Shown: piece after piece, positions 9,130-18,388 of the stretch
Layout: each line of letters starts with the position of its first letter
How positions within the stretch are numbered: position 1 is the stretch's first letter
Assembly (NCBI GenBank): GCA_965248755.1
Contig: OZ252149.1
Location: forward strand, 2,304,001-2,368,000
Direction of reading: 5' to 3'
From: Candidatus Latescibacterota bacterium
GTDB taxonomy: Bacteria; Latescibacterota; CBDEFO01
Length of the DNA: 64,000 bases
Program-made: the position numbers and the translations under genes
The notes under the pieces: generated by a model
Databases searched by the model: none
What the model was told of the DNA's origin: nothing
Seen by the model: only the letters and a program-made list of their open reading frames with translations

Positions 9130-9393
9130 TTATTCAACTGCTATGCACGTTATCGTCTTTGTCACACCGGCAATGCTCCTCACCTGGGATGTAATCGCTT
9201 CTCCCAAGCCATTGCTGTCATCTGCCTGAATATGAGCCATAATATCGAAAGATTCCATTAGGGTAGTAAGATCCCGTAACCGTCCTTCTGCAGGGCCGAC
9301 AAATTTTATCCCTTCTATGTCGGAGAGCTCCTCCACGACATCTTCCACACTGTCGCCCGCCACATCTATCAGCACATAAGCTCTAACAGACAC
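9130..9393 (-). CDS. Stand-alone Lrp/AsnC ligand-binding (RAM) domain protein
   Basis: GTG start after GGAGGAGG; 87 aa VRAYVLIDV...FDIMAHIQA...VRSIAGVTKTITC. Confidence 0.8.
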   Translation of the reverse strand: MSVRAYVLIDVAGDSVEDVVEELSDIEGIKFVGPAEGRLRDLTTLMESFDIMAHIQADDSNGLGEAITSQVRSIAGVTKTITCIAVE

Positions 9394-9432
9394 TATCTTA
9401 TCACCTCCTCCAAAAGATTTGTTTGTATAGCA

Positions 9433-9581
9433 CAAAAACAAAAAGCCGACGCAAAAAGACCCATATACTGGGCTCTGCGTCGGCATACTTTTCAACAAGC
9501 CATCTTTTTCAAGAGTGCTATTTAACTAATCTGCCGAATTAAAACTGCTACCAATATACCGTATTTAAATTAATATGTCAA
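9433..9581 (-). promoter_or_regulatory. Promoter plus attenuator-like leader (copy 1)
   Basis: TTGACA (9581-9576)-N17-TATATT (9558-9553). Terminator GCCGACGCA...UGCGUCGGC-UUUUU at 9484-9445. Upstream UCGGCA can pair with UGCCGA in the terminator 5' arm. Confidence 0.7.
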
Positions 9582-9850
9582 GACTTTTTTGACGAAGTGC
9601 CCCCTTGAGGGAGCATTTCCTCAAGGCGCTTGTCCAGAATGAAAAGTATGACCCTCTCGCCTGTCCTCGTGCTGATGTCAGTATGAATGCTGGTGACTTT
9701 ACATCCAGATAAGGTTACAAATTACATCCTCCAAAAGCGGACGGGAGAACTCCATAAGCTGCATCTTGATCTCTTTGATCAATCCCGATCCTTTTGGACT
9801 CTCACCCAATTTTTGTTCAGCAGGCGTCAAAGGTCCAAGGATAACTCCCG
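9578..9850 (-). pseudogene. DUF2294 paralogue, 5'-truncated and frameshifted
   Basis: Closely similar to the 3' part of 12224-12631. One extra base near 9710 gives NLIWM* instead of AHTGCKV. Confidence 0.8.
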
Positions 9851-10025
9851 CTAGACCATCTATCTGGCCGCTCTTTCTGGTTAGGTTTCTTTTCAGACTT
9901 TTCCCGAGGGCTTCTGACAGATCGTGAACAGGCGAGTCTATATGGTTAAGGTTGAAAACTTCGCCTACCAAATCTGAAGGAACTTCGAAAAAGGGCAAAA
10001 CGACGTCCCATTTTTTGGCAGTTTG

Positions 10026-11435
10026 TCATTCGAAGAAATCGTCTAACCAGCACGCCTCATCATTTAACGGAACGGTAAATATCTTTCCCACATCTTCTTC
10101 ATCTCTGCAGGAATGGTACTTAAGGATCAAATTTTCCTTTTCGTCTTGCACTATCGTGCCGAATATCTCAATCTTACCTGTATAATGCGACATCGCGTAT
10201 CTTACTGTCCTTGCCAGACCGCCTAGACCCTTCTTGGACTCCTCGAAGATTCTCAATCCTTCTGCTATCGGGACGCGGTAGTGCAAGCTCCCCTTTACGG
10301 GCCGCATCTGAAAGAGATAATACGGAGCGACCCCAGCATCTGCCAATCTCCTAAATAGCTCCCTCAGCACATCCGGATCATCGTTAATGCCTCTGTGCAA
10401 CACCGCCTGGTTGATAATGTGCGCACCTGCCTTAATGGCCTTATCTAAGCACTCCAGCGACTCCGCCGTCAGCTCCCTCGGATGATCGTAATGCGCGACT
10501 ATGTATATCCTCCTGTCCGGCAGACTATATCTCTTTATCAACTCCAGAAAACCATCGTCTAATATCCTGAAAGGATTAAACGCGGGCAGCTTTGTGCCGA
10601 GCCTTATGATCTTTATGTGGTCTACTGTACGCAACTGACTGAGAATAAAATCCAGCTTTTCGTTGACCAACATCAGAGGATCACCGCCCGTAATCAAGAC
10701 ATTATCTACCTCTCTATGTCTTCGCAAGTAGCCGAGAGTGCCTTCCCAATCGACACCTGTCTCTTGTTTTGATATAGACCCAGTAGTGAAGCGTTTTCTG
10801 AAGCAATATCTGCAGTAAGATGCGCAGACCGAAGTGGGCAAGAGCAAGACGGTATTTCTGTATTTGTGCTGCAACCCTCTTACTTGCACGTTATCTGCCT
10901 CTCCGCTGGTGTCATACTGGCCCCCTTCCCTAAGCTCATCGACTGAGGGTACGACTAATTTCTTCAGGGGATCGTCTGGATCGTGTGGATCGATGAGGTC
11001 AGCGTAGTATGGCGTAATGCCCATTTGAAACTTCCTAAGCACTATCGGTAGTTTCTCTTCTTCCTCTGGCGTCAGTGCTACATATTCTCGCAGTTTATCC
11101 ACAGTCCGTATGCTATCAATCAGTTCCTGTCTCCATCTTTCCACCTTTCGCGACGATCCCTCAGAAGCTACCTTGATGGCCCCTGGTTCCTCCATCGTCT
11201 CTCTGGATCCCGCCAGATGTAACACTTTTTCCAAAGAAGCTACAACCTTTCTGATAGGGCTGCCGAGGTCATTGCTGCTGGTCGATGAGCGCCTACTGAT
11301 AGAGTGTCTTCTTATGATATGTCGTAATTTCCTGCTCTTTCTCGGAGCCGAAGTCTTTCTTGAAGCCGAGGCTAGACCACCCTGGGGCCGCTCACCGATT
11401 TGAACACCTTCTTTTGCTTCATCTTCCCAAGTCAT
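10026..11435 (-). CDS. KamA-family radical SAM protein (lysine 2,3-aminomutase-like) with a low-complexity N-terminal extension
   Basis: CASYCRYCFRKR cluster motif, ITPYY, GLQHKY, LITGGDPL, HPRELT and PYYLFQ. Confidence 0.88.
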   Translation of the reverse strand: MTWEDEAKEGVQIGERPQGGLASASRKTSAPRKSRKLRHIIRRHSISRRSSTSSNDLGSPIRKVVASLEKVLHLAGSRETMEEPGAIKVASEGSSRKVERWRQELIDSIRTVDKLREYVALTPEEEEKLPIVLRKFQMGITPYYADLIDPHDPDDPLKKLVVPSVDELREGGQYDTSGEADNVQVRGLQHKYRNTVLLLPTSVCASYCRYCFRKRFTTGSISKQETGVDWEGTLGYLRRHREVDNVLITGGDPLMLVNEKLDFILSQLRTVDHIKIIRLGTKLPAFNPFRILDDGFLELIKRYSLPDRRIYIVAHYDHPRELTAESLECLDKAIKAGAHIINQAVLHRGINDDPDVLRELFRRLADAGVAPYYLFQMRPVKGSLHYRVPIAEGLRIFEESKKGLGGLARTVRYAMSHYTGKIEIFGTIVQDEKENLILKYHSCRDEEDVGKIFTVPLNDEACWLDDFFE

Positions 11436-11777
11436 CGTATAATCCCTTTATGTCATTTGCGCACTCTTGCTCGTAGTACCAGTCATTGTCCCTGCTTGTG
11501 TCTTAGCTAATGCTGCCTGCAGGTCCGCGTCTGTCCCCTATCAAAACGCCAAGAGTGCCATTATTGCTGGTTTATAGTTCTATGCAACAGGTACTGAACC
11601 GTCCCCTAAGATCCTGTGCTACGCGACAGCGCCTCTACGTCTTTTCGTTTTGCTGCCTGTCTCCGGTACTCTCTGACGAGGTTGCTTTGGTCGTTGATGT
11701 CTTTGCCAGCGTGACAACTCGAAGCAATTTCACCGTTGTCTGAGTTATGATCCTTTACGGCCAGGTGCTCCCGACCT

Positions 11778-12041
11778 CTATTCGATTGCTATGCACGTTA
11801 TCGTCTTTGTCACCCCAGCAATGCTCCTCACCCGGGATGTGATCGCTTCTCCCAAGTCATTGCTGTCATCTGCCTGAATATGAGCCATAATATCGAACAA
11901 TTCCATTAGGGTAGTAAGATCCCGCAACCGTCCTGCTGCAGGGCCGACAAATCTTATCCCTTATATGTCGGAGAGCTCCTCTACGACATTTTCCACACTG
12001 TCGCCCGCCACATCTATCAACACATAAGCTCTAACGGACAG
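11778..12041 (-). pseudogene. Lrp/AsnC ligand-binding domain paralogue, inactivated
   Basis: Copy of 9130-9393 with the start GTG changed to CTG and a GAA-to-TAA stop at 11961-11963. Confidence 0.85.
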
Positions 12042-12080
12042 TATCTTATCACCTCCTCGAAAAGATCTGTTTGTACAGCA

Positions 12081-12227
12081 TAAAAATAAAAGCCGACGCC
12101 ACATACCCATCTACTGGGCTCTGCGTCGGCATACTTTTCAACAAGCCATGTTTTTCAAGAGTGCTATTTAACTCGTCTGCCGAATTAAAACTGTCACTAG
12201 TATACCGTATTTAAATTAATATGTCAA
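12081..12227 (-). promoter_or_regulatory. Promoter plus attenuator-like leader (copy 2)
   Basis: TTGACA (12227-12222)-N17-TATACT (12204-12199); terminator 12130-12092 with a U-tract. Confidence 0.7.
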
Positions 12228-12631
12228 GACTTTTTTGACGAAGTGCCCCCTTGAGGGAGAATTTCCTCAAGGCGCTTGTCCAGAATGAAAAGTATGACCC
12301 TCTCGCCTGTCCTCGTGCTGATGTCAGTATGAATGCTGGTGACTTTACATCCAGTATGGGCGCAGATTATATCTTCCAAAAGTAGACGGGACGACTCCAT
12401 AAGCTGCATCTTAACCTCTTTGATCAATCCCGCTCCCTTTGGACTGTTACCCAATGTCTGTTCAGCAGGCGTAAGTGTTTCCTTCAGACGCACTAAGATC
12501 ATATCTTCGATAATATATGTCTTTGATTCTTTAGGACCTCTGCCCATGTGTTCTTTTTGAAATTTGATGATAGCCTTGCTTATCTCATCCTCCATCTGTC
12601 CCTTGGTCAAGTTGGCCATATCTGTCCTCAT
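12224..12631 (-). CDS. DUF2294 / MpsC-family protein (Na+-translocating system-associated)
   Basis: TKGQMEDEISKAIIKFQKEHMGRGPKESKTYIIEDMILVRL...LTPAE...HTDISTRTGERVILF is characteristic of the family. Confidence 0.88.
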   Translation of the reverse strand: MRTDMANLTKGQMEDEISKAIIKFQKEHMGRGPKESKTYIIEDMILVRLKETLTPAEQTLGNSPKGAGLIKEVKMQLMESSRLLLEDIICAHTGCKVTSIHTDISTRTGERVILFILDKRLEEILPQGGTSSKKS

Positions 12632-13021
12632 CTGACCTTTCTATCCGCCTTGAATCCATCCTAAAGTAGGATCCACAAATCCAGATACTGTGATGAATTG
12701 CGTGCAAGACAAAAAATAGTAAAACCACAATCTATCGGTGAACAGGACATCGAAGCGAACGCTCCACAAATTGTCAAATATGCTTGGATAATATATTTAT
12801 CTGATAGGCAGAAGTCAAGTAAAAGCCAATTTTCCCCATTCCGTCGCGGTCTCTGATATCATCTCCTGAAATTTTCTATTCTGTCGGTCATAAAAAATGT
12901 GCGACGATGCCAGAAATTCTTAGTGCTTGATTTCTCAGATTTTTCAACTATACTATACTACTATACCCGGTGGCGGCAGCAATTGAAGTTCCTATTGGAC
13001 AGTATCCGAAGGAGACTTAAG

Positions 13022-14653
13022 ATGGATATAGAATTTCGTGATTTGGCATTGGAAATAATTGAAAGCTGGTGGGAGAGAAGCCCTGTATCTGCTACGTTCG
13101 AGGGTATACACAAATATGACTATACTTTAGATAGATTCGACGAGGAGACCCATACAAGTTTCACCGAGCAGCAGAGATCCTACCTTTCTGAACTGGAAGA
13201 GATTGATAGCCACACGCTATCGGAAGGGGACAGGATAGACTGTCAAATCCTTAAGAACACTATCAGATCTGAATTGAGTAAAGATGAAGAGATACAATCC
13301 CATCTGCGCAAAGCCAGCCTGTATCCTGAGATCGCCCTTTACGGCACATACATAATGATGCTGAGGAATTATGCTCCGTTATCCGATAGGATGGAAAATG
13401 TCTCAAAGAGGTTAGCTGAGGTTCCTCGCCTGTTGGAAGAGGGAGTAGAAAACCTGATCAAAGGAGAAAACATCCCCAGAATCTGGACAGAGGTCGCAAT
13501 CGAAGTGACGGAAGCCGGGAATGGATTTTGGGGAGAGTTCGTACCGAGGGAGGCCCATAAAGTTCCCGATTTGAAGGAAGATATACTAGACAACAATGCC
13601 AAAGCCCTCAAGGCCTTCGACCGCTATCTCCACTTCCTTAAAGACGAACTCTTGCCAGTCTCAAACGGACATTACGCCATCGGAGAGGAGATGTTCGACT
13701 TTCTCCTTGAAGTCCAGCACGGTCTGCCCTACACATCACAGGACCTCCTTAAGATAGGCACTGACATAATCGAAGGGACGACAAAGCAGCTTGAAGAGAC
13801 AGCGTCTTCGATAGATAGATCAAAACCCTGGCAACAAATCATTGAGGAGATGAAAGACTCGCATCCTCAAAAGGACAATCTGATCATAACTTACGTCCGG
13901 GCGATGGAGGAGGCACTGGTGTTCATCGGCAAAAGGAATCTGGTTACAGTGCCTGACGATCAATTTCTAGAGATAATCGAGACTCCTGCGTTCGAAAGGA
14001 CGACAGTCCCCTACGCAGCCTATGTGTCGCCTGCTCCCTTCGAAGAAGAACAGAAGGGATTCTTCTGGGTCACTCCTGTGGATGAGAACAAATCGCGCCA
14101 AGAGCAGGAAGAGCAGCTTAAGGGTCACTCCACATACCATATTCCGTTAGTCGCTCTCCACGAAGCCTATCCGGGACATCACCTGCAACTTGTCCTTTCG
14201 AACCGTCTCGAGTCGATAGTAAGAAGGCAAATCCAGACGAACGTCTTTGTCGAGGGCTGGGCGTTGTACTGCGAGGAGATGATGCACGAGCAGGGATTCT
14301 ACAGCGACCCTCGAGGAAAGCTATTGCAACTTAAAGATCGGTTGTGGCGAGGATGCAGAGTCGTCATAGACGTAAAGCTTCACAACAAGAGTATGACCTT
14401 CGACGAGGCAGTGGCTATGCTTGTGGAGATACCTAAACTCGAAAGGGTCAACGCCATAGCTGAAGTAAAACGGTACACGTACAGTCCGACACAGCCTATG
14501 AGCTACGCTATCGGCAAGCTCCAGATAATGCAGTTGAGAAATGCCTATAAAAAGATGATGGGTGATGACTTCAATTTAAAGGAGTTCCACGACACTCTTT
14601 TAGGATTCGGGGGGATTCCCATACAGTTCATCAGGGAAAGTATGAACCTTTAG
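13022..14653 (+). CDS. DUF885 family protein (putative metallopeptidase-like)
   Basis: HEAYPGHHLQ, FVEGWALYCE and PTQPMSYAIG motifs; ATG 13022 after AAGGAG. Confidence 0.88.
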   Translation: MDIEFRDLALEIIESWWERSPVSATFEGIHKYDYTLDRFDEETHTSFTEQQRSYLSELEEIDSHTLSEGDRIDCQILKNTIRSELSKDEEIQSHLRKASLYPEIALYGTYIMMLRNYAPLSDRMENVSKRLAEVPRLLEEGVENLIKGENIPRIWTEVAIEVTEAGNGFWGEFVPREAHKVPDLKEDILDNNAKALKAFDRYLHFLKDELLPVSNGHYAIGEEMFDFLLEVQHGLPYTSQDLLKIGTDIIEGTTKQLEETASSIDRSKPWQQIIEEMKDSHPQKDNLIITYVRAMEEALVFIGKRNLVTVPDDQFLEIIETPAFERTTVPYAAYVSPAPFEEEQKGFFWVTPVDENKSRQEQEEQLKGHSTYHIPLVALHEAYPGHHLQLVLSNRLESIVRRQIQTNVFVEGWALYCEEMMHEQGFYSDPRGKLLQLKDRLWRGCRVVIDVKLHNKSMTFDEAVAMLVEIPKLERVNAIAEVKRYTYSPTQPMSYAIGKLQIMQLRNAYKKMMGDDFNLKEFHDTLLGFGGIPIQFIRESMNL

Positions 14654-14853
14654 AAACTAAGTAATGCATCAACATAGTCCGGACGAGATGACAAAGATCT
14701 ACAGTACTATACAGCAAACAGTGAGGAGAGGTGATGCCCCTGTCTACCTAGTTGAGGCAGCTGTCACGACAGATCTTTTAGCTTGACATTGTCTGCACTT
14801 AAGTCCATATTTTTGACCAAAAGTCAAATAGTAGTCCAATGAAGGAGGTTGAA

Positions 14854-16293
14854 ATGGGCCTGAGGTCCGCTGAGGAATACAAAGAGGGTCTAAGAGATGG
14901 TCGGGAGGTCTTCTTCAAAGGAGAAAAGGTCCAAGATGTGACCGCACATCCTGACATAGGCGTCGGTGTGGAGCACGTGTCTTTGGATTTTAAGTTAGCG
15001 CACAACCCTGAACACAGTGATCTGATGACTTACAAGATCCCAGAGACTGGAGAGCTGATAAGCCGCTATTTTAAGATTCCAAGAGATGCTGAGGATCTTC
15101 TAAACCGCCGTGAGATGATCGAAAGGAGCACCAGGCTATCTGGCGGTGTCGTGCTTTTGATCAAGGAGATAGGCACAGACGCTCTTTTTGCTCTTTCTGT
15201 GATCGCAAAGGAGATGGATGAAAAATTAGGGACAGACTACTCAGAGAGGGTAAGATCCTATCATGAGCACTGTCAGCATAACGACCTTTCCCTGGCTGTG
15301 GCGCAGACGGATGTCAAGGGCGACAGGAGTTTGATACCATCTCAGCAATCTCATCCTGACTATTACGTCAGAGTGGTCGAAAGAAGAGATGAAGGGATAA
15401 TAGTCAGAGGCGCTAAGGCTCACACGACGTGCGCTCCCTATGTAGATGAAATTATCGTGATTCCGACCAGAAATATGTCGCAGGAGGACAAGGATTACGC
15501 CATAGCCTTTGCTGTGCCCGCCAACGCAAAAGGCCTCAAGATGGTCGCAAGTTCCTTCGGTTCGACGTCTTCGAGCGCATTTCACAATCCGGTGAGTTTC
15601 TCTCACAGATTAACAGAGAGTCTGACCATCTTCGACGACGTGTTTGTGCCCTGGGACAGGGTCTTTATGAACGGAGAGTGGCAATTTGCAGGTGCCTTGG
15701 CCACATCCTTTGTAAAGTTTCATCGCTTCACGGCGATTTCCTACAAGCCTCCCCTGGGCGATCTTTTTATAGGCGCCGCAGCCTTAATAGCCCAATACAA
15801 CGGTGTGGATAGGGCAAGTCATATAAGAGAGAAGATAATGAGGTTGATAAACTTTACGGAGACGATCCGGGCTTTGAGCAAAGCGGCAGCGGTAGATCAC
15901 AAGATTACGGGCGACGGAATCGCCGTTCCCGACCCGATCGTAACCAATATAGCCAAGTTCAGGTTCGCAGGCGAATACCATCAGGCAGTGTCCTGGGTCC
16001 AGGACATAGCGGGTGGGCTAGTGGTAACAGGTCCCTCAGAGGAGGATATGAACAATCCTCAGACGAAGAGCTATATAGATAAGTACTTAGGAGGTAAGGA
16101 AGGGGTCTCCACAGAGGATAGGTTGAAGGCGTTCAATCTAATAAGGGACCTGACCGCTTCGGATTTCGGAGGCTACGGGGAGATCTTAGCCATACACGCG
16201 GAAGGATCGTTAGAGGCGCAGAAGATCACCATATACAGGGAGTACGATATAGAAAGATGTGTAAAATTGGCCAAGGAAGCAGCCAATATCTAA
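14854..16293 (+). CDS. 4-hydroxyphenylacetate 3-hydroxylase / 4-hydroxybutyryl-CoA dehydratase family flavoprotein
   Basis: AQTDVKGDRS, GIIVRGAKAHTT, IFDDVFVPWDRVF and QDIAGG motifs; AAGGAGG RBS. Confidence 0.85.
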   Translation: MGLRSAEEYKEGLRDGREVFFKGEKVQDVTAHPDIGVGVEHVSLDFKLAHNPEHSDLMTYKIPETGELISRYFKIPRDAEDLLNRREMIERSTRLSGGVVLLIKEIGTDALFALSVIAKEMDEKLGTDYSERVRSYHEHCQHNDLSLAVAQTDVKGDRSLIPSQQSHPDYYVRVVERRDEGIIVRGAKAHTTCAPYVDEIIVIPTRNMSQEDKDYAIAFAVPANAKGLKMVASSFGSTSSSAFHNPVSFSHRLTESLTIFDDVFVPWDRVFMNGEWQFAGALATSFVKFHRFTAISYKPPLGDLFIGAAALIAQYNGVDRASHIREKIMRLINFTETIRALSKAAAVDHKITGDGIAVPDPIVTNIAKFRFAGEYHQAVSWVQDIAGGLVVTGPSEEDMNNPQTKSYIDKYLGGKEGVSTEDRLKAFNLIRDLTASDFGGYGEILAIHAEGSLEAQKITIYREYDIERCVKLAKEAANI

Positions 16294-16489
16294 ATGAGTA
16301 GACCATAGTCAGTAGACAGGGAAAGACAAAAGAGCGGACAAATGTGGGAGGGACCTGCGTGCCAGTGGGCAGGGAAGTGTGGCAAGAAGTCCCCGATCCC
16401 CGATAGACTCAATCGGGGTCAGGCCACTAAGTGGCTCGCCCGTTCGGGAAAGAATTTGACTACTTTCGGGAAGAGAGGGGGAGAAACTA

Positions 16490-18316
16490 ATGTGTGGAAT
16501 TGTAGGATATATAGGGAAAGAAATGTCAGTGCCTGTCCTTTTAGAAAGTCTCAAGAGGTTGGAATACAGAGGCTACGACTCGGCTGGTCTTGCCCTTTCT
16601 GAAAATGGTGAGATAGTAACCATTAAGGCAGTAGGAAAAGTCCACGAATTGGAAAAGCTTTCAAAGGGCAGAAAATTGACGGGCACGTACGGGATAGCTC
16701 ATACAAGATGGGCTACGCACGGGGAACCTACGGAAAAGAACGCTCACCCGCATTTGGACTGTAACGCGGAGATAGCTGTAGTACACAATGGGATCGTGGA
16801 AAACTTTTTGGCGCTCAAGAAACTGCTTCAAGACGAAGGACATGTATTTTCGAGCGATACGGATACAGAGGTGCTGGCTCATCTGATAGAGAAGTACTAT
16901 CAAGGTGATCTCAAGGAGGCTGTGCGGTTTGCTCTGCACAATGTTGAGGGAACGTACGGAATAGCCGTAATATCGGCAAGATCTCCAGGACACATAATCG
17001 TGGCAAGGAACGGGAGTCCACTGGTTATAGGTATCGGAAATGGGGAGAATATAGTGGCATCTGATGTGTCGGCTATCCTGAGACACACAGATCAGGTCGT
17101 ATATCTGAACGACCAAGAGATAGGGGTCGTTGAGGAGGACTCGTTTCATATCTCCACACTCGACGAGGATGTGGTCTCTCCACAGGTGGAAAAGGTAGAT
17201 TGGGACCTTGACCTTATACAAAAGGGCGGATTTGAGCACTATATGCTCAAGGAGATATTCGAGCAGCCCGAATCCTTGAGCAATACCCTAAGGGGGCGGA
17301 TAGACAAACGCAAAGGGACCGCCCACCTGCAGGGCTTGGAGCTAAACAAGGAGAGACTGAGGGATGCCGACAGAATTATCCTGACCGCCTGCGGCACGGC
17401 CTGGCACGCAGCATTAGTCGGACGGTATATGATAGAGGAATTGACCCGCCGCCCTGTAGATGTAGAATACGCCTCAGAGATGCGCTACAGGAACCCGATA
17501 ATTACTTCAAACACGGTGGTATTTGCTATAAGTCAGTCGGGAGAAACAGCCGACACGTTAGCGGCGATGAGAGAAGCTCAATTGAGAGGAGCTGCGTGTC
17601 TGGGCATCTGCAATGTCGTGGGCAGTTCCATAGCAAGGGAGACCGACGGAGGTGTATTCCTGCACGCCGGACCAGAAATAGGCGTGGCATCTACCAAAGC
17701 TTTTACGTCCCAGGTGGCGGTCTTGGCTCTCCTTTCCGTCTTTTTAGGAAGGATGAGAGACCTTTCCTTGGAACAGGGAAGGGAGATAATGACAGCTTTG
17801 GAGATGATACCTGATAAGGTGGAGGAGATCCTTAAACTCGATACATATATAAGAGAGATAGCAGGGGAGTTCTATCGGTGGGAGAACGCTATCTATCTGG
17901 GACGATCCTACAATTTTCCTGTGGCATTGGAAGGTGCTCTAAAGCTCAAGGAGGTCTCCTACGTCCATGCTGAAGGCTATCCCGCAGCGGAGATGAAGCA
18001 CGGCCCCATAGCTTTGATAAACGACGGGATGCCGGTCGTCGTAATAGTTACAAAGGACAGCATATACAGCAAGGTGATGAGCAATATAAGGGAGGTTAAG
18101 GCCAGAAGAGGAAGGGTGATCGCGGTGGCAACCCGCGGGGACTCTGAGATAGAAAAGGAGTGCGATTACGTTATCCCCGTGCCAAAGACGTACGAGATTC
18201 TATCCCCGCTTCTGACTGCCATTCCGCTTCAACTTTTGGCATATCACGTAGCCGTACTGAGGGGATGCGATGTGGATCAGCCCAGAAACCTGGCAAAAAG
18301 TGTAACTGTAGAGTAG
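16490..18316 (+). CDS. glmS: Glutamine--fructose-6-phosphate transaminase
   Basis: MCGIVG, LEYRGYDSAG, HTRWATHG, SQSGETADT and PRNLAKSVTVE. Confidence 0.98.
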   Translation: MCGIVGYIGKEMSVPVLLESLKRLEYRGYDSAGLALSENGEIVTIKAVGKVHELEKLSKGRKLTGTYGIAHTRWATHGEPTEKNAHPHLDCNAEIAVVHNGIVENFLALKKLLQDEGHVFSSDTDTEVLAHLIEKYYQGDLKEAVRFALHNVEGTYGIAVISARSPGHIIVARNGSPLVIGIGNGENIVASDVSAILRHTDQVVYLNDQEIGVVEEDSFHISTLDEDVVSPQVEKVDWDLDLIQKGGFEHYMLKEIFEQPESLSNTLRGRIDKRKGTAHLQGLELNKERLRDADRIILTACGTAWHAALVGRYMIEELTRRPVDVEYASEMRYRNPIITSNTVVFAISQSGETADTLAAMREAQLRGAACLGICNVVGSSIARETDGGVFLHAGPEIGVASTKAFTSQVAVLALLSVFLGRMRDLSLEQGREIMTALEMIPDKVEEILKLDTYIREIAGEFYRWENAIYLGRSYNFPVALEGALKLKEVSYVHAEGYPAAEMKHGPIALINDGMPVVVIVTKDSIYSKVMSNIREVKARRGRVIAVATRGDSEIEKECDYVIPVPKTYEILSPLLTAIPLQLLAYHVAVLRGCDVDQPRNLAKSVTVE

Positions 18317-18388
18317 GTATTGATCTGCGATTGAATCTATCGGGGATAGACTTAATAGAGAAGGCCTTGTAGACACAGGAGGGCCCAA

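Larger units (their letters stand above)
9131..12475. repeat. ~700 bp direct duplication (about 9131-9830 and 11779-12475) flanking the KamA-like gene
   Basis: Long near-identical stretches offset by about 2646 bp, covering the Lrp gene, leader, promoter and DUF2294 3' end. Confidence 0.9.

Noticed and set aside
9505..9525. CIRCE element
   Set aside because: Only one half-site (TAGCACTC) is present, with no GAGTGCTAA 9 nt away.
9445..9545. c-di-GMP-I or ZTP riboswitch (GACGCAGAGCC and GCCGAC resemble parts of them)
   Set aside because: The other conserved elements and stem architecture are not evident. Left as an unassigned leader.
16294..16489. glmS ribozyme
   Set aside because: The AGCGCC...GACGAGG core is not present; the region is occupied by REP-like repeats.
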